Origin: Acidobacteriota bacterium
GTDB taxonomy: Bacteria > Acidobacteriota > Aminicenantia > Aminicenantales > Saccharicenantaceae
Assembly: GCA_028749115.1 (NCBI GenBank)
Contig: JAQURD010000005.1
Span: 17,826 to 81,825, forward strand
Length of the DNA stretch: 64,000 nucleotides
Reading direction: 5' to 3'
Shown here: positions 32,475 through 41,131 of the stretch, one piece after another
How positions within the stretch are numbered: the stretch's first letter is position 1
Layout: every line of letters begins with the position of its first letter
Notes under the pieces: generated by a model
What the model saw: the letters and a program-made list of their open reading frames with translations, nothing else
Database searches by the model: none
What the model was told of the DNA's origin: nothing
Position numbers and translations under genes: made by a program

Positions 32475-34615
32475 CTGCCTATTGCCGTGTCTCTTTTCCC
32501 TTAGCGGTCAATCAGGCTTTTCTTTACCGTTTACCAGATGAACTAAAAAACCGGGTCAGGCCCGGTAGCCGGGTCATCGCCCCGCTGGGCTCAAGAAAAA
32601 TCAAAGGTTATGTGCTGGAGGTAAGCGACTCAAGTAGTGAACCGGGCTTTCAGGTTAAAGATCTGGCCGGGGTAATTGAAACAGGACCTGTCCTCTCGGC
32701 TAAATTCTTAAATTTCATCAGGAAGCTCTCGGCCAGAAGCCTCAGCCCGGCCGGGTTATTTTTAGAACTGACGGAAGGCCCGGCCAGGGTGCCGGAAACC
32801 AGGCTGGTGGTATGGCTCACTGATAAGGGCAAAGAAGTTCTGGAGGAGGGAAAACTCAGGGGGAAGAGCCGCCAGCTTCTGGAACTGGTCAGCCAGAAAG
32901 CTTTATCTCCCGCTTTTTTAAAAAAGAAGCTGGGCGACCGTCGTCTTAGCAGCCGCCTCAAATCCTTAGAGCAGGCTGGATGGATAGAGCTAAAGGTAAA
33001 GAAAAGAAAGCTGAGAGAAAACCAGCTTCAGGCTGCCCCGCTTCCCAGACAGTTATCACTGCCGGTGGTTTTCCCCCCGGAAGAAGGGCCAGCCGGTTCG
33101 ATATTCAGGGCCCTGCAGGCGACGAACTTCCAGAGATTTCTTCTAACTGGAGAGGCTCAAAAGAGGTCTGAGCTAATAGTTAGAGTGGTTGATGAGGTGC
33201 TCAAGGATGAAGGCTATATTTTTATTCTGGTGCCTGAAATTGAACAGACCAGAAGATGGCTGCCGCTAGTTAAGCAGCTTGGTCTGGAGGCTGTTTTCTA
33301 TCATAGCCGTCTGACAGAGAAAAAAAGAAGCGAAGCCTGGGAGCAGATTATTTCAGCTAAAAGCCGGCTGGTCATCGGAACAAGGGCCATACTTTTTTTA
33401 CCAGTTGAACCGGTCAGACTAATAGTTATAGATGAGGAGCAAAACAAACTCTATGATCAGGCAGAAAATCCGGCCTTTGAAGTGCGGGAGGGAGCTGAGT
33501 TAAGAGCGAGGGAGGAAGGGGCCGTTCTCCTCCTGTCTTCCTCCTGTCCGAGAGTTAGCTCCTATTACCATGCCCAGTCTGGCGGGGAATTAATTGACTC
33601 TGGCGAACCAGAAGTCCTTTCAGCTCAGCAGGTTGTCTATCTGAATCAGGCTGGCTGGCTGCCTGAAAAAATAAAAGAAGAAACAGAACCCTATCTTAAA
33701 AATGGCCAGCAGGTTTTCTTTTTTATTAACCGCAAAGGTTATGCGGGCTATCTTTTTTGCCCGGCCTGCGGTTATGTTCCCCGATGTGAGGCTTGCCAGA
33801 TTGCTTTAAGGCTTGATAAAAAGAAAGGCGAACTGGTTTGCCGCTATTGTGGGCAGAGTATCAGCCAGCCTGAGGTCTGCCCGGTTTGCGGACAGAAACT
33901 AAGAGCTGGCAGGGTTAGAGGCAGTCAATTTCTGCTGGAACGGGTAAAAAAGGCCCTGCCTGATTTCGAGCTGGCCCTGGTCGAAGAAAGTGAGGATAAA
34001 AAGCGAATGGAGAGCTGTCTGAAAAAAATAGAATCAGGGAAAATACAGGTGGTTATCGGAACAGAATATGCCCTGTCCAGACTTTGCCCCGGCAGATTTT
34101 CCCTGGTTGTTATTGTTGAACCGGAGATGAGCCTTAATTTACCTGATTTTAGAGCGGCGGAAGAAACTTTTATTAGAATGTTTAAAGCTTCAGAACTTCT
34201 GGATAATCAGCCAGCCTCAAAAATAATAATTATTACCTCCAGACCTGGCGAGCCGGCCATTAAAGATGGTGCCCGGCGTGATTACCTCAGTTTTTACCGG
34301 CGGGAATTAGAATACCGAAGATTATTAAAGTACCCGCCTTTTAGCCTGTTAGTCAGCCTGAGTTTAGCTGGCTCTAATCTAAGACAGGCAGCCAGAGTTT
34401 CCAGGCGGCTGATGGAGGAACTTGAACAGAGATTTCCTGCCCTGGAGATTATCGGGCCCAAGGTTAAACCCGGACAGTGGAGAAAGGTTCGAAAAGAGGT
34501 CAGACTTTATCTGAGGCCAGGAACAACAGAAGGGCTAACCTTATTGTCTCAATTTCTGGAAGAATTCAGCCAGACCAATAGCTCCGTCCATCTTCAATCC
34601 AGATTGCTTTTTTAA
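32471..34615 (+). CDS. priA: Primosomal protein N' (PriA), with degenerate Walker A and DEEQ in place of DEEH
   Basis: PriA architecture with the Cys-rich zinc-binding insertion (CPACGYVPRCEACQ…CRYCG…CPVCG). The Walker A position reads LLTGEAQKRSE and the Walker B reads VIDEEQ. Confidence 0.8.
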   Translation: MTAYCRVSFPLAVNQAFLYRLPDELKNRVRPGSRVIAPLGSRKIKGYVLEVSDSSSEPGFQVKDLAGVIETGPVLSAKFLNFIRKLSARSLSPAGLFLELTEGPARVPETRLVVWLTDKGKEVLEEGKLRGKSRQLLELVSQKALSPAFLKKKLGDRRLSSRLKSLEQAGWIELKVKKRKLRENQLQAAPLPRQLSLPVVFPPEEGPAGSIFRALQATNFQRFLLTGEAQKRSELIVRVVDEVLKDEGYIFILVPEIEQTRRWLPLVKQLGLEAVFYHSRLTEKKRSEAWEQIISAKSRLVIGTRAILFLPVEPVRLIVIDEEQNKLYDQAENPAFEVREGAELRAREEGAVLLLSSSCPRVSSYYHAQSGGELIDSGEPEVLSAQQVVYLNQAGWLPEKIKEETEPYLKNGQQVFFFINRKGYAGYLFCPACGYVPRCEACQIALRLDKKKGELVCRYCGQSISQPEVCPVCGQKLRAGRVRGSQFLLERVKKALPDFELALVEESEDKKRMESCLKKIESGKIQVVIGTEYALSRLCPGRFSLVVIVEPEMSLNLPDFRAAEETFIRMFKASELLDNQPASKIIIITSRPGEPAIKDGARRDYLSFYRRELEYRRLLKYPPFSLLVSLSLAGSNLRQAARVSRRLMEELEQRFPALEIIGPKVKPGQWRKVRKEVRLYLRPGTTEGLTLLSQFLEEFSQTNSSVHLQSRLLF

Positions 34616-34654
34616 GTGGTCAACTTTTAGTTCAAATTTTATTGGGGCCCCAGT

Positions 34655-35233
34655 TCATGGTGTTGGTTCGGGCTCTGGATCAGGAAAATCGCTGAAGGTG
34701 ACGTCAATAAAGCCAAATTTAGTGACGTTGTGGTTGACCTGATCATGGCCATAAAAATCTATCCGCGCTTTGCAGCGAATGTCCTGGGGGAAGTTTCCAA
34801 CCAGAGCTGCTAAGGGAGGCTCGATCTTGGCTGAGCCCTGTACTATCGGCAGGTAAACAGTTATGGTTGAGCCCACAGGCAGGAGAATTTCAAGGCTACC
34901 CTCAAAATTACTGGGCACCTCTGTTGAGCTGCCCGTCGGGGTATAAGTGACCTTATATCCGGTTAGTGTGATGTCATAATAGGGTGAAGTTCCATCCGGG
35001 TCGGGATTGAGTGTGTTTGCTCTAAGATTGGCCTTGATAGTATCGGGAAGGTTATTGCTAACATCAGAAAAAGCAGTATTTCCATCCTTGCCATCGAGAT
35101 CTTTTCCCAAAATGCTTACAATTTCTATCCAGCTGGCTGAATTAGAATCATTTTCCAGGGGATTACAAGAAAACAAAAGGAAGCTTAAGAGCAGAAGGCT
35201 TATTATTTTAAAAACTAAGGAAATTTTGTTCAT
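34655..35233 (-). CDS. Hypothetical lipoprotein (last gene of the pil operon)
   Basis: Lipobox (LLFSC), a Pro/Asp/Glu-rich C-terminus and 192 aa. It follows pilQ after a 19-nt gap. Confidence 0.5.
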   Translation of the reverse strand: MNKISLVFKIISLLLLSFLLFSCNPLENDSNSASWIEIVSILGKDLDGKDGNTAFSDVSNNLPDTIKANLRANTLNPDPDGTSPYYDITLTGYKVTYTPTGSSTEVPSNFEGSLEILLPVGSTITVYLPIVQGSAKIEPPLAALVGNFPQDIRCKARIDFYGHDQVNHNVTKFGFIDVTFSDFPDPEPEPTP

Positions 35234-35252
35234 TTGTATTTCTCCTTCCTGA

Positions 35253-37568
35253 TTATTTCATAATTCTGGGAGTTATGAAGATGAGCAACTCCCTGTTCTG
35301 CCTTGTTCTGGCAAAAGACCTGAAGAGGGTCCCGAGAATCGGAATATTATTCAGGTAGGGGGTTTTATCTCTGGTAATGGAATCTTCAGTTCTATAAATG
35401 CCACCGATGACGGTTGTGCCGCCATCAGGTACCATAACAGTCGTTTTGGCACTCTGGGTGGTAATGGGTGGGATACCATTAACCAGGTTAGCAAAATCAG
35501 CTGCATTGTTCTGGATTTCAATGTTCATAATAATGGTGCCTTCGGCTGTAATCTGTGGCGTGGCTCTCAGCTCAAGAGCCGCATTGACATACCTGGTGGT
35601 GACGGTGAAATTAGCTACTGTCTGAACAGGAATCTGGCGGCCCTGAATTATTTCGGCTGCTTGATTATTTTGAGTGGTGACTTTTGGTGAGGAAATAATC
35701 CGGCCATTGCCCGAGGTCTCCAGCCCGGACAGAGCCACATCGAGTCTGAAAGTGTCAAGAACATTGGCGAAAGAAAAGCCAACGGCGGTATTAAAGGCCG
35801 GGGCCGGCAAATTGACGGCATAGCCGCCCAGGGGGCCGCCGATGCCTTTAGTCACTATGCCCTGAGGAATCATAGACCCATCGGCCAGGATTTTATTTGG
35901 GAAAGAAAGGGAAGTCTGATTCCCATAGAAGGGATCAACGATGCCTTTAAAGCCCCATTGAATCCCGAGATTTTTTATAAAAGTGGAAGTGGCCTCGACA
36001 ATTCTGGCCTCTATTGACACCTGAGGCGTAGGAGTATCAAGGACGCCAATTAATTTTTCCAGCAACTCCATCCGGTCCCTGACTTCAGAAATAATCATGG
36101 TGTTGGTTCTTTCATCAATGACAATCTCACCATTTCTGGAAAGCCTGCTCTTCAACAAGCTCTGGACATCTTTGGCTTTAGAATAAGATAGAGTGATTGT
36201 TTTGACCTGAATAGGTCCGGCCAGCTCTTTACTCTCCTGGATTCTTCTTACATCTTCGTCTTCCCTGGCCAGAACCTCAACGGGAGCAATTCTTAAGACA
36301 TTTCCTTCTATTGATTTGCCTAGTTTATTTTGTTTCAGGACAATGTCCAGGGCCTGATCCCACGGAACAGCCTGCAAATTGCAGGAAACTGTGCCTTTCA
36401 CCTCCGGATCAAAAATAACATTTAAGCCGGCCAGATCAGCTAAAAAGAGGATAACATCCCTGATGTCGGCATCTTTAAATTTAAGACTGATGACTTCACC
36501 GGTATATTTTTCTTCCTTTGACTGAATAATTTTGGGCTTAAATTTTTCCTGTTGAGGTTGTGCCTGGCTTTCAACAGGTTCCCTCTTTATCTTTTTTGGC
36601 TCTGGCTCTGATTCAATTTTGGCTTCTGGCTCAGCTTGAATCGTGGCTGGTTCGGAAGCTGGAGGGGCTTCACTTTTTATCTCCTTAGGTGCGTCCGGCA
36701 CAGCCAGGGCATTAGCCATCTGGGCATTAACTGGCGCAGGTGAAGGGTTTTGCACAGCGGTCGCCTCGTTTCTGGCCACTATGGCTTCCTGGGGAGCGTA
36801 AAAAGTTATGTTCAGGCCTTCACTAGAATTATCCAGGGCATACCAGCCTATTTCTTTCAGGTCAAAAACCAGCCTGGTTATCGGATAGGGGTCAGATTGC
36901 TTAAACTGTCCAACCCTAACCTTATCCACGTTGGCCTGACCTATCTGATATGATTGGCCCCCCCGCGGATACTGAGTATTAAGCAGGTCAATAACCAGAC
37001 GGTCAGGATTATTAAGGGCAAAAACCTGCAGGGGAGGTTCTCCGCTCAGCGAAATATTGAAATTGACCTTACCGGGATTCTTTTTTACTTTTAAATCACT
37101 GAAATAAACCTGGCTTTCCCGCTTAAGCCAGGGATTGATAGCCGGATCAATTGGATAATCAGCGGTTTTGAGAAATTCGTTCAGCTCAAGATACAATCTC
37201 CCCTGTTCCAGACCGAGACGATAAGGGACTTTTTCTTTAAGTGAAAGCAAAATCTTGAGATTCTCGCCAGCCGGTTCCAGCCGGATATTTGTTATCAACC
37301 GACCTTGTATTTCCTGTCTGGCAGGAATTTCTGACGGCTGGACATTGCTCAACTCCACCGCCAGCACCGGGGGAGTTGTGGAAATATAAGTTGCTTGCCG
37401 GACACTAACCGGCTTATCAGTCATCATCATGACCCTGGTTGATAAAGCCCCGGGGATGACTTCTATTTTGCTAAGAGTCGTGGCTGCACCTGCTGCGTGG
37501 AGGACCAGGCCAGGAACCATAATAAGATTTATTATGGCCAGCATCAGCCAAAAAATTTTCCTTTTCAT
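35253..37568 (-). CDS. pilQ: Type IV pilus secretin PilQ
   Basis: N-terminal AMIN-like region, a Pro/Glu-rich linker, N0/N1 domains and a C-terminal secretin domain (…NRELLIFITPRI…). The ATG at 37568 has an AGGAG ribosome-binding site and sits 1 nt after the pilP stop. Confidence 0.85.
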   Translation of the reverse strand: MKRKIFWLMLAIINLIMVPGLVLHAAGAATTLSKIEVIPGALSTRVMMMTDKPVSVRQATYISTTPPVLAVELSNVQPSEIPARQEIQGRLITNIRLEPAGENLKILLSLKEKVPYRLGLEQGRLYLELNEFLKTADYPIDPAINPWLKRESQVYFSDLKVKKNPGKVNFNISLSGEPPLQVFALNNPDRLVIDLLNTQYPRGGQSYQIGQANVDKVRVGQFKQSDPYPITRLVFDLKEIGWYALDNSSEGLNITFYAPQEAIVARNEATAVQNPSPAPVNAQMANALAVPDAPKEIKSEAPPASEPATIQAEPEAKIESEPEPKKIKREPVESQAQPQQEKFKPKIIQSKEEKYTGEVISLKFKDADIRDVILFLADLAGLNVIFDPEVKGTVSCNLQAVPWDQALDIVLKQNKLGKSIEGNVLRIAPVEVLAREDEDVRRIQESKELAGPIQVKTITLSYSKAKDVQSLLKSRLSRNGEIVIDERTNTMIISEVRDRMELLEKLIGVLDTPTPQVSIEARIVEATSTFIKNLGIQWGFKGIVDPFYGNQTSLSFPNKILADGSMIPQGIVTKGIGGPLGGYAVNLPAPAFNTAVGFSFANVLDTFRLDVALSGLETSGNGRIISSPKVTTQNNQAAEIIQGRQIPVQTVANFTVTTRYVNAALELRATPQITAEGTIIMNIEIQNNAADFANLVNGIPPITTQSAKTTVMVPDGGTTVIGGIYRTEDSITRDKTPYLNNIPILGTLFRSFARTRQNRELLIFITPRIMK

Positions 37569-37569
37569 G

Positions 37570-38046
37570 TTAACGCTCCTCCGGATTGATTTCTTTAACC
37601 ACATTTATAGGTCTCATCAGGGGAAAACCCCTTTCGTGAGTCTTCCTGAAAATCACCTGAGAGTGATTAATATCAAAAATATAGCCATCGGAGACTTTAT
37701 CCCCGATTTTTAAAAAATAGGGCATTTGTTGAGGCCCGCTGATAATAGCTACAAAACCCCTTTGAGTTTTGACAATGCCGACCAGAGTGGCATTGGCGAT
37801 GCTCAACTGTCCGCCTTCGGTCTGACCGCGGCTGCCTCCTTTGCCTCCACCAAGCAGATCCTTGAATGGATCCCGGCGGCCGCCTGGATCATAATAAGCT
37901 CGTGGCGGAAGATTGCTGAGATCAGGTGCCGTCATGACTGTGGCCTGCTGATCAGTTTTTTGGAGCTCCCGACCCAGGTTGTTGCTAAAAAAGCCCAATG
38001 CCCCAACCAGGGTCATAATCATGATAAGCAAGAGCGTCTTTTTCAT
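37570..38046 (-). CDS. pilP: Type IV pilus assembly protein PilP (lipoprotein)
   Basis: Size, position between pilO and pilQ, and a signal/anchor sequence (MKKTLLLIMIMTLVGALGFFS). The ATG at 38046 has a GAGGT ribosome-binding site, 2 nt after the pilO stop. The family call comes mainly from synteny. Confidence 0.6.
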   Translation of the reverse strand: MKKTLLLIMIMTLVGALGFFSNNLGRELQKTDQQATVMTAPDLSNLPPRAYYDPGGRRDPFKDLLGGGKGGSRGQTEGGQLSIANATLVGIVKTQRGFVAIISGPQQMPYFLKIGDKVSDGYIFDINHSQVIFRKTHERGFPLMRPINVVKEINPEER

Positions 38047-38050
38047 TTTC

Positions 38051-38632
38051 TTACCTCTGAGCTTTGCCAGTGCCGGTTGTTTTGGCCGGCGGCGTTTGCT
38101 CTTCAATGAAGTAATAGGTGGTAGCTACAAATTTGGAGTTTATGGTTAGCACGTCTGTCTGGTTGTTGAGAGCCGAGATAGAAAAATTATCGACGTTAAA
38201 TAACCTGGAAAACTTGCTCAACTTGTCAAAGAAAATTCCCAGATTATGATAGGTGCCTGAAATTTCTATATTAATCGGCCATTCAGCGTAAAAATCTTTC
38301 TTGACTTCGCCTTTCGGCTGGAATTTAAGGACATTTAAATGTGAATCATAAGCTAATTGCTGAATCCGCCGGAGAATATCGGCAATTTCCTTTTTCTGAG
38401 GGATAATCTGCTCGAGATCTTTCAGAGTGGCGCTGAGGATGACCAGCTCAGCCTCTATTTTATCCAGTTCTTTCTTTTTTTCTTTTAAAACCTCAACTTC
38501 CTTTTCCAGTTTCTGCCGCGACTCTTGCAGGCTCTTCAACTCGGCATTTCTGGGTTTAAAAAAGAAAAAGAAGACAAGAGCAAAAATGATAACAGCTACT
38601 ACTAGATGTCCATACCAGGGCCAGTTTCTCAT
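38051..38632 (-). CDS. pilO: Type IV pilus assembly protein PilO
   Basis: Single N-terminal transmembrane segment, a coiled-coil, then …WPINIEISGTYHNLGIFFDKLSKFSRL… matching the PilO core. Confidence 0.75.
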   Translation of the reverse strand: MRNWPWYGHLVVAVIIFALVFFFFFKPRNAELKSLQESRQKLEKEVEVLKEKKKELDKIEAELVILSATLKDLEQIIPQKKEIADILRRIQQLAYDSHLNVLKFQPKGEVKKDFYAEWPINIEISGTYHNLGIFFDKLSKFSRLFNVDNFSISALNNQTDVLTINSKFVATTYYFIEEQTPPAKTTGTGKAQR

Positions 38633-38634
38633 TA

Positions 38635-39267
38635 TTATCTCCTTTTCCCTGTCTGAGCAGCAGTCTTAGGCTTTGGCTGCCCGGCTGGCAATAGCTGAGG
38701 CTTATTAACAGGGACAGTCATATTAAATTCCATGAAGACGGCTCCTCCCTGAGTTTTTTGAGTTGAATCGATCAGATTAACCTGACCAAAGGTTTCGCTC
38801 CGCTCAAGATTGGTAATAAAATCAGCGATGAGATTATTGGAGATAGCCTGGCCTTTTAGCTTTAGAGCCTGGCCATTGTAACTGGCTTCCTTTAACCAGA
38901 CATAATCAGGCAAGCGGCGGTTTATTTCATCCATTATTTTAACAGAAATATCCTGATTGCCTTTCAATTGCCGGATCAAGTTGATTTTAAGCTCAAGCTG
39001 AGCTTTCTGGTTTTTAACTTCATCCAGCTTGGCCACCACATATTGGAGCTGGCTTTTTTCTTGTTGGGCCTGATTGATGAGCTGCTTTTCCTTCTGCATT
39101 TGCCAGTTCTGGTAAAAATAATAGCCTGCCAGGCTGACCAGCAGGATCAGAAAAATGATGGTGCCCAGACTGGTCTTCTTTCTTTCCTTGGGTAATTTAG
39201 GTACACCTGCGGCTGCCGGTTCCCTGATTTCCTTGACTTCCGGTTTTAATAAATTAATCCTGATCAT
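38635..39267 (-). CDS. pilN: Type IV pilus assembly protein PilN
   Basis: MIRINLLKPE… N-terminus, one transmembrane segment, a coiled-coil and a periplasmic domain. Confidence 0.75.
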   Translation of the reverse strand: MIRINLLKPEVKEIREPAAAGVPKLPKERKKTSLGTIIFLILLVSLAGYYFYQNWQMQKEKQLINQAQQEKSQLQYVVAKLDEVKNQKAQLELKINLIRQLKGNQDISVKIMDEINRRLPDYVWLKEASYNGQALKLKGQAISNNLIADFITNLERSETFGQVNLIDSTQKTQGGAVFMEFNMTVPVNKPQLLPAGQPKPKTAAQTGKRR

Positions 39268-39270
39268 GGC

Positions 39271-40347
39271 TCATTTCTCTGCCTTTCTCGTTGAAAGTCC
39301 AACTGCCACCCCGAAGACGGGGGCCATTTCATTGAAATAGATAGAATCAAACTTTCTTTCATCATACTTGATGGCTCTAAAAGGGTTAAACAGCTCAGTA
39401 TTGATTCTGAATTTCATCTCAAAAGCATTAACCATGTTGGGAATTAAGGCTAGGCCGCCGCTGAGTAGAATCTGTTCAATTCGGCGGTCTCTTTTTTCTC
39501 CAGCCTCATAAAAAGAAAAAGTTTTTTCCATCTCATCCAGCAAATCTCTAATGTTCATGGTCAGGATGGCGGCAAACTGATCGGCATCAATATTCTTACC
39601 AGGGATGCCTTTTAAGGCTGCCTCTGCTTCTTCGAAAGTGACGTTTAATTCTTTTCTGATGTTTTCAGTAAAAAGATAACCGCCAAGCGACAGATCACGG
39701 AAAAGCTGGGGGAGGCCTCTTTCCACGATACCAACGTTAGTAATATTGGCTCCCATGTTTATAATAGCCACGGTCTTGTCTCTAAAGATTTCGGGATAAT
39801 TAGCCTCTAAAGCATTAGTTAAAGAAAAAATATCTACTTCAATCGAGGCCAGACTTTTCCTGGCCATGGAGATGGCATTACTATAATTGGCGATTTTATC
39901 CTTTTTGGCTGCCACCAGTAGAATATCGACATTGGCTTCAGGTGCCTGGGGGGATTTCAGGATGGCATAGTCAACATTGGTTTCTTCGTATGGATAGGGG
40001 ATATTATGCTTGGCTTCCCAGATGATGGACTCAGCCAGCTCCTGTGAATCCATATTGGGCAACGAGATTTTTTTGATGATGACTGAATTGCCTGAAATCG
40101 AGATAGCCACATCCTTATTGGTTATTTTGGCATTATCAAAGAGCAGTTTTATTGTTTCGCTGACTGCGGTCGAGTCGATGATGGTGCCTTCAACTATGGC
40201 ATCATGGGGGAGGGGTTCATAACCGATCTTCTGGACTTCATACTGAACGTTTTCGCCTTTCTCTTTGATTTTTAACTCAACTGCCTTTACCGAGTAGGAC
40301 CCGATATCGAGGCCTACTAAACTCTTGTCTTTGGCCAAACCAAACAT
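39271..40347 (-). CDS. pilM: Type IV pilus assembly protein PilM (actin-like ATPase fold)
   Basis: N-terminal LVGLDIGSYSVKAVEL (actin-like fold phosphate-1 motif) and a 358-aa length. The gene is followed by pilNOPQ. Confidence 0.85.
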   Translation of the reverse strand: MFGLAKDKSLVGLDIGSYSVKAVELKIKEKGENVQYEVQKIGYEPLPHDAIVEGTIIDSTAVSETIKLLFDNAKITNKDVAISISGNSVIIKKISLPNMDSQELAESIIWEAKHNIPYPYEETNVDYAILKSPQAPEANVDILLVAAKKDKIANYSNAISMARKSLASIEVDIFSLTNALEANYPEIFRDKTVAIINMGANITNVGIVERGLPQLFRDLSLGGYLFTENIRKELNVTFEEAEAALKGIPGKNIDADQFAAILTMNIRDLLDEMEKTFSFYEAGEKRDRRIEQILLSGGLALIPNMVNAFEMKFRINTELFNPFRAIKYDERKFDSIYFNEMAPVFGVAVGLSTRKAEK

Positions 40348-40349
40348 TT

Positions 40350-40850
40350 TTACCGCCTTTTTGTTCTAGAATTGGATAATTTATTTTTTAAGGCTTCCTC
40401 GACCAGAGGAGGCACCAGGCCCTTAACGCAACCGCCGAGCTGGAAAGCTTCCCTGACCAGGTTCGAACTTAAAAATGAATATTTCAAGCTCGGCATCATA
40501 TATAAAGTCTCAATGTCCCCGGCCAGCTTCCGGTTCATTAATGCCATTTGAAACTCGTATTCAAAGTCCGAAATAGCCCTCAAGCCCCTGATGACTATTT
40601 TTACCTTATTCTGGTGGGCAAAGTCAACCAGCAAGCCGTTGAAGCTCTTGACTTCAACTGCCCGGTCACCTTTAAAAACCTGTCTGATCAATTTCACCCT
40701 GTCCCCAGTAGGGAAAAACGGTTTCTTTTTCGGATTATCAAGCACACCCACGATAATCGAGTCGAAAATCTTTTTTCCCCGCTGAATAATATCCACGTGT
40801 CCGTTAGTAATTGGGTCAAACGACCCTGGATAAATTGCCTTTCTTTCCAT
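40350..40850 (-). CDS. coaD: Phosphopantetheine adenylyltransferase
   Basis: AIYPGSFDPITNGHVDI (the H/T-x-G-H nucleotidyltransferase motif) and a 166-aa length. First gene of the minus-strand operon, lying 2 nt upstream of pilM. Confidence 0.9.
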   Translation of the reverse strand: MERKAIYPGSFDPITNGHVDIIQRGKKIFDSIIVGVLDNPKKKPFFPTGDRVKLIRQVFKGDRAVEVKSFNGLLVDFAHQNKVKIVIRGLRAISDFEYEFQMALMNRKLAGDIETLYMMPSLKYSFLSSNLVREAFQLGGCVKGLVPPLVEEALKNKLSNSRTKRR

Positions 40851-40983
40851 TTAGATTTTCAGTTCCTCTAACACCTGGTTATCAATTATCAAAAAAGCCT
40901 CCCCTTGTCAAACATTTTTTTAGGGGCGAAGCCCTGGCCTTTTGACTCATGTCCACAGCATATTCAAGCCTGATAGGCGGTCA

Positions 40984-41018
40984 ATCACCACAGATGGTTA
41001 GACTGGTGATGATTTTTT
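40984..41018 (+). promoter_or_regulatory. Terminator-like hairpin (ATCACCA-N13-TGGTGAT followed by GATTTTTT) in the 5' leader of the phosphoglucomutase gene; possible attenuator
   Basis: 7-bp perfect inverted repeat followed by a T6 tract, read from the sequence. An alternative pairing TGATGAT(41006-41012)/ATCATCA(41032-41038) is possible. No known riboswitch consensus recognised. Confidence 0.3.
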
Positions 41019-41131
41019 GCTGTCCCGGGTCATCATCAGGGGTGAGGCCGATTTAGCCTGTTTACTGCCTTAAACCGTTGCTTTACGCTTTTTCTTGTGA
41101 TAATTTTAACCTGATAGCAGAAACTAAGAAA

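Noticed and set aside
34643-34652. Perfect 10-nt palindrome TGGGGCCCCA between convergent priA and the pil-operon lipoprotein gene
   Set aside because: It is too short and has no loop, so it cannot form a stable terminator hairpin on its own, and there are no flanking U-tracts. It is probably incidental, though it sits exactly where a bidirectional terminator would be expected.
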